From NCBI GenBank assembly GCA_963738405.1, contig CAVTWJ010000001.1, forward strand, positions 186,142 through 250,141: a stretch of 64,000 bases of DNA. Direction: 5' to 3'. The notes beneath the pieces were generated by a model. The model was not told the DNA's origin. It did no database searches and saw only the letters and a list, made by a program, of their open reading frames with translations. This DNA is from a candidate division FCPU426 bacterium. GTDB taxonomy: Bacteria > Oederibacteriota > Muellerivitia > Muellerivitales > Muellerivitaceae. This document shows, one piece after another, positions 59,474 to 64,000 of this stretch (positions are counted from its first letter, which is position 1; every line of letters starts with the position of its first letter). Both the position numbers and the translations under genes were made by a program.

Positions 59474-61682
59474 AAAAATGGTTATTTTCTCCTTGTTCCT
59501 TTAGTCGAATCCCCAGCCATATTTTCTGATTCATTTTCTCAATCTTCTTTTGTCCCGGCTTATAGCCCCGGGCCTTGAGCAATCGGGCCAAGGTTTTTGG
59601 CTTTACTGCTTCACCCCCGGACCATGCTTCATAAGCAGCCGTCAGGCATGCGGCAGTCACGAAAAACTCCTCTGTTTTTCCGGTATCACATCGAGCGGAT
59701 ATGAAGTCTGCGATGATGTCCTGATCCTCTTTGTATTTTTTGGTGGCAAGAATCACTTTTTCCGGTGGTTTGAGTCCTTCCTTTTTCCAGGCGCGGAGCC
59801 CTTCAACGGCCCAGGTGAGGATTCCAGGTAATTCATTTTTAAGTTTTTCTGGGAGGGTTTTATCCTTCTCTTCTTCGGAAATGGTCACTTCAAATGGGAT
59901 CAACAGAACACGCCGCCAAATGGCGTAATCAACTCCCCTAATCTCCGGTTCACTATTCGCGGCCAACCACAGTTTGAACCTTGGCCGAAATTCAAAAAAC
60001 TCTTGGCGCAAAAATCGGGCGCTGATAATGTCCCCGCCTGTGAGTTGTTTAATGACGGTTTCATCCAGTTGCTTCCCCTCACCAACTTCAATTGCAGAAA
60101 CGAAACGAACGCCGACAAGAGCCGCCAAATCATTTGGAATTGCGCCGTCATTATTTTTTTTGAGCAGTGTTTTAAAATTTGTGGCCTTGCTGTATTCATC
60201 GCCCAAAAGGGAATGGATAGTTCCTATGAAAGTGCTCTTTCCGTTTGCCCCCTCACCATGGAGCAAGAAAAAAACCTGTTCTTCGGTGGATCCTGTCAGG
60301 GAATAGCCGATGGCTTTTTGAATAAAGGAAATTAATTCTTTATCCCCGGCAAGAATCTTATCCAGGAAGCTCAACCATAAAGGACACTTTGCCTCACCAT
60401 CCAACGCCACTGGGGAAAGCTTGGTTAGTTTGTCCTCTCTCCTGTGCGCGGTTAAGGTCAGGGTTTTTAAATCCAGGGTTCCGTTTTGTAGGTTGAAGAG
60501 GTCGTTATGTTGATCCAATTCATCAACTCGGACAGGCAACTCACTTTGGGCAGACCAAAGCATGGATTTAAGGCCGCTTTCCCCCTGGGATTTCATCGCG
60601 TGGGCCATGATGTTTTTGGCCCGGTCATCTCCGCTGGCATAAGCAGTTTTGGCTTCATCTAAAATTGAAATGGCAGTTTCTTTGGCGAGACGGATTATTT
60701 CTCCGTTTCTATCCTGCCTGAACCTGTGGCCGTCCCAAATGAACCAGGATCCCCACTCATGGCAATAAAGAATATTTTCACCATGCCGGGCTTGAAGTCG
60801 TTCACCATTTCCAATGTCAGTTAAGGCAAAGCCGCCTCTTTTTACGTTTTTGGTGGTCCAATCCACTATGTTTAGGATTTCCTGTTTTTCATCCTCTGAC
60901 ACCATCGGCGGGTTACATCTCTCCACGCCAAAGATTAAGGCCTTGTTTTCCAAGTCTTCTTTCTCGCTCCCAACCTTTCGCAGTAAAACACAGAAATTTT
61001 TTATTTTTCGATGTCTCTCACCTTCGGGGATTTTCTCTTCATTGAAGGTTTTTGGGATAGGTTGCAGCATTTTATTAGAAGGGAAATTCTCCCGAATGGT
61101 TTTGATGGAATAATTTGGTATTTCGGAATGATCCTCAATTAGTCCGGTTTGAAAGGGCTCCCTTTTGTTATGTGTGCTTCCTGGAAGCCTCATGACCCTG
61201 GGCAAATCCTTAACGGCTTTATCCCCTTTGAATTGTTTGGCTATTGATTCTTGAATCCCCTCGAATTCATCAAGCGGGAGGCCAGGCTCAATAAACCAGT
61301 AGGAATGAAATTTTCCCGGTGATGTCTGAAAAACAAAATGGGGTTTCAAGGAAAAGTTTTGAATGGGCCCTATAGGGCTCCCGTCGGAATCGCAGAACAC
61401 AGCCCGGACACGTTTTATTGATTCTTTTGTCCTACCCTTTAGATCGGTTTCATTCACGGTTACGAATACTCCGGCCCCTAATCCATTGTTTAGATGGGAT
61501 AAGGTGGCCGCGTGTTCTTCAAGTGAGCCATGAAGGATTTGAGCAAGGCTTAAATCATGCCGGATTTTGTCGTCATCTAGTATTTGAAAGGTAAATCTGT
61601 CACTGGATGAATCGAGACGTTTTAAAAAACGCTTCGCCAACTCTAGGTTTAGGTTCTTTTGTTGATCCGGTTGGCCGGTCAA
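59472..61682 (-). CDS. RepB-type primase fused to P4/D5-family SF3 helicase
   Basis: AVFCDSD, TSPGKFHSYW, DLPRVMRLPG; LTDIGNGERL; FNLQNG; GEGANGKST; KQLTGGD; AIWRR. Confidence 0.92.
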   Translation of the reverse strand: MTGQPDQQKNLNLELAKRFLKRLDSSSDRFTFQILDDDKIRHDLSLAQILHGSLEEHAATLSHLNNGLGAGVFVTVNETDLKGRTKESIKRVRAVFCDSDGSPIGPIQNFSLKPHFVFQTSPGKFHSYWFIEPGLPLDEFEGIQESIAKQFKGDKAVKDLPRVMRLPGSTHNKREPFQTGLIEDHSEIPNYSIKTIRENFPSNKMLQPIPKTFNEEKIPEGERHRKIKNFCVLLRKVGSEKEDLENKALIFGVERCNPPMVSEDEKQEILNIVDWTTKNVKRGGFALTDIGNGERLQARHGENILYCHEWGSWFIWDGHRFRQDRNGEIIRLAKETAISILDEAKTAYASGDDRAKNIMAHAMKSQGESGLKSMLWSAQSELPVRVDELDQHNDLFNLQNGTLDLKTLTLTAHRREDKLTKLSPVALDGEAKCPLWLSFLDKILAGDKELISFIQKAIGYSLTGSTEEQVFFLLHGEGANGKSTFIGTIHSLLGDEYSKATNFKTLLKKNNDGAIPNDLAALVGVRFVSAIEVGEGKQLDETVIKQLTGGDIISARFLRQEFFEFRPRFKLWLAANSEPEIRGVDYAIWRRVLLIPFEVTISEEEKDKTLPEKLKNELPGILTWAVEGLRAWKKEGLKPPEKVILATKKYKEDQDIIADFISARCDTGKTEEFFVTAACLTAAYEAWSGGEAVKPKTLARLLKARGYKPGQKKIEKMNQKIWLGIRLKEQGENNHF

Positions 61683-61894
61683 GGCTGTGGCTCCGCGCTT
61701 GTCGGGGGAGTGTCAGGCGGTGTATTGATCCATTTCATTTTCCGGAAGTGAAGGATTGTATTTAAAAATTCTTTACCAGCGAGGGCCTCATCTTTATTTT
61801 CGGAAACAATAAGCTTTAGGGCCAGAGTTACTATTTCACCCTGGAATTTTTCAATGATGGCCAAACTCATAATTCGGAATTCTTCTTCATTCAT
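61679..61894 (-). CDS. small hypothetical protein
   Basis: 71 aa, 4-bp overlaps with both neighbours. Confidence 0.6.
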   Translation of the reverse strand: MNEEEFRIMSLAIIEKFQGEIVTLALKLIVSENKDEALAGKEFLNTILHFRKMKWINTPPDTPPTSAEPQP

Positions 61895-62232
61895 TTCGCC
61901 ACCTCATTTGCCAGGGTGGCTTGCCGGTCCCTTAACCACTGCTCCACGGCTTCGCGGGAATATCTGACGACATGGGAAGAGGCTTTAAAAGGCGGACCGC
62001 ATTTCCGCAAACGCCAAAATTTGACGCAGATTTCCGAAACCCCAAACCAAGCGGCCAGGTCGGGGGTGTATAGGACAGCCTCGCTTTGGGGAATAGCGAG
62101 GATTTGGGAAATGCGCCGGTCGAAGTGATAACATTCAACCGGGCCAAGCTTTGAGATTATTATTTTCTTGGGTTTTTGAAGAGTCTTGAGCATGGCAGGC
62201 ACGCTTTCACTTTTAGTGAGCATGCCTGCCAC
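61891..62232 (-). CDS. AlpA/excisionase-like HTH protein
   Basis: LYTPDLAAWFGVS..WR..GPPF..VVRYSREAVEQWL. Confidence 0.8.
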   Translation of the reverse strand: MAGMLTKSESVPAMLKTLQKPKKIIISKLGPVECYHFDRRISQILAIPQSEAVLYTPDLAAWFGVSEICVKFWRLRKCGPPFKASSHVVRYSREAVEQWLRDRQATLANEVAK

Positions 62233-62446
62233 TCGGAAGGGTGGGGGTTGATCAATGCTTGCCTCCGCCCGGTAATATGCGGAAGGACTTATTCCTAATT
62301 GTCATGGGCTAAGTGGTTAAAGCCTTTTCACTTTGAAACCGTTATCCGATAGCCCGATAACTAATAAACTGAATATAAATATTTCTGTTAAAAAAACAAG
62401 CCCCTAAATTTTCGTTTTAAATTGCGGATAGTAAGAATTTACTTTA

Positions 62447-63871
62447 CTACGCTAATTTCAAATTGGCTTTTGATTTCGGAATTCCCGCATGTTCGCGGAT
62501 TTTGTCCGCAACCATTTGGGCAGGCTCTCGCAGTTCTTCCACTGTGAAATGGGTATAACCCTCCGTGGTGTCTTTACCTGATATGTGGCCTACTAAGGCC
62601 TTTCTTTTTAGGAACTGGATTCCGCATTGTTCCATAACCGAAATAAAAGAATGCCGGAGCATGTGGGGGTTCACGTGGAGCCCGGTCATTTTTTTAATCC
62701 GCTGAATGGCTCGTTTTGGGGCTTCCATGTGGCCGGATTTCGCCTCGCCCGGAAACACAAAGTCATTTTTAGGGTCCAGTCGTTTGGATTTGCGGGAAGC
62801 CAGTAGGTCATAGACAAAATCCGAGAGGGGTAATTCCATGGTTCTTTGTCCCTTGGTTTCCATCCCGGAACGTTTAAGTTTTCTGGCTACAAGGTCAACT
62901 TGGGACCATTTCAAACCCACCGCGTCGCTAAAACGAAGCCCGGTAAAAAGGTTCAAAAGGAAATAATCCCGTTGATCTTCTCCAATGAGATATTCATCCC
63001 GGCTGTTTTTTGCGTTGATGGCCTCAACAAACGGTTTGAATTGTTCCGTTTCAAGGTAGGTTTCGCGGGGAATAAGTTTGTATTGGGCATTCTCAAGCTG
63101 GGCCGGATTCCAGGCGGGAATATCCGGGTTATACCGGCAGGCCCATTTCCAAATTGCCCGAAGAGTTCTAAAACAAACGTTGGCGGTAACACTCCCCCCA
63201 TCGTTTATGAATGTTTTGGTGGCTCTCGCCCCCAGCATTGCGGCTTTTTCCTGCCGGTTTTTTTCTACCTCTCTTTTTATTTCCCCGATTCGATCCTCAA
63301 TGTCTTTGGGGGAAATGGCGGAAAGGGGAGTGTTGATCCATTTTTCAAAGTATTTTTTTACAAGGAATAGATAGAATTTTTTTGTGCGTTCCCCGATCTT
63401 TTTTTTGTTTTCAACGTAATCGGCTAGGGCTTCCCCAAGGGTCGTGATTTTTACTTTGGTTTTGTAGTCACGGCCTTGGCGTAGGTCTTCCGCCTTCAAT
63501 GCCCCCTCATCCCTGGCCGTTTGGATCGGATCCAGGAAGGCATGGGCTTTTATTTTGGCCTGGTTGGCCCTGGCTATGTTCTCCAGGTTGCCTTCACCCT
63601 TGGCCACCGCAAGAGCGGTTTCTGCTGCGGCCAGGTCTTCCTTGGCTTGTCTTGCCAGGGAAAAGTATTTTTCGACGGGCCCCAAGGTGTACCGCTTTGT
63701 AATGCCCCCAACGTTTTTTTGAATGATAAAACTTTTTGCACCCGTGAGCCCACTGCACATAACCCCAAACCCGAGTTGATCCTTATCCCAATGTATTGTT
63801 TGTTTTCCCCTAGGATCAGGCGCGGGCAGCCTTTCAACATCTTCCCAAGTCTTCAATCTAATTTTTTTCAT
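62447..63871 (-). CDS. int: tyrosine integrase with arm-binding domain
   Basis: HWDKDQLGFG arm domain; catalytic TGLR, HMLRH, LVGH, TEGY; ATG 63871 after GGAGG. Confidence 0.93.
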   Translation of the reverse strand: MKKIRLKTWEDVERLPAPDPRGKQTIHWDKDQLGFGVMCSGLTGAKSFIIQKNVGGITKRYTLGPVEKYFSLARQAKEDLAAAETALAVAKGEGNLENIARANQAKIKAHAFLDPIQTARDEGALKAEDLRQGRDYKTKVKITTLGEALADYVENKKKIGERTKKFYLFLVKKYFEKWINTPLSAISPKDIEDRIGEIKREVEKNRQEKAAMLGARATKTFINDGGSVTANVCFRTLRAIWKWACRYNPDIPAWNPAQLENAQYKLIPRETYLETEQFKPFVEAINAKNSRDEYLIGEDQRDYFLLNLFTGLRFSDAVGLKWSQVDLVARKLKRSGMETKGQRTMELPLSDFVYDLLASRKSKRLDPKNDFVFPGEAKSGHMEAPKRAIQRIKKMTGLHVNPHMLRHSFISVMEQCGIQFLKRKALVGHISGKDTTEGYTHFTVEELREPAQMVADKIREHAGIPKSKANLKLA

Positions 63872-64000
63872 GGCTTCCTCCAAATAACTTTTCTTCGGTC
63901 CCGCTTATAAAAATAAGCATAAGGCCGATAGGTTACTAATCAACGGAAGGGCCAGGAGAAACCGCGATAAACAGAAAAATTATTTTTGATTTAGAGTTAT

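Larger units (their letters stand above)
54470..64000 (-). mobile_element. phage-satellite-like integrative element (continues beyond window)
   Basis: Coding strand switches after tRNA-Arg; integrase, AlpA-like, primase/P4-type helicase, iterons, terminase genes; repeats shared by both ends. Confidence 0.85.

Overview
Chromosomal window of a flagellated diderm bacterium. It has FlgH/FlgI rings and several outer-membrane barrels together with a Firmicutes-style flagellar accessory set. The combination with PorV/PorQ-type barrels and Thr-Pro-rich secreted proteins suggests a poorly characterised lineage such as FCPU426, but this is inference only. 1-23.3 kb: two PorV-like barrel fusion genes running into a rod/hook cluster (flgF flgG flgA flgH flgI flgJ yvyF-like flgM flgN flgK fliK flgD TIGR02530 flgE), a repeat lipoprotein, flbD, then a T9SS-CTD-like secreted protein with two more PorV-like barrels. 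23.4-54.5 kb: tRNA-Phe, housekeeping, repair and envelope genes (PMM, rlmH, FecR-domain, dinG, ruvB, MCP, GldAFG-like ABC, tatC, fsa/tal, SpoIID-like, a sigma54-preceded carbohydrate-binding lipoprotein, uvrBC, a sigma54-type two-component operon, rph, rdgB), tRNA-Pro and tRNA-Arg. 54.5 kb to the end: a phage-satellite-like element next to tRNA-Arg with integrase, AlpA-like, primase-helicase, iteron origin, TerS-like and TerL, but no recognisable portal or capsid. Best leads: (1) a shared covarying RNA hairpin motif in the flgG and flgE leaders, next to a TIGR02530 protein with RNase/RNA-binding-like motifs; (2) the terminase-only satellite with a ~250-nt structured RNA at its late end; (3) a T9SS-like PorV/CTD system linked to flagellar genes. 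All calls are by eye; no searches were run.
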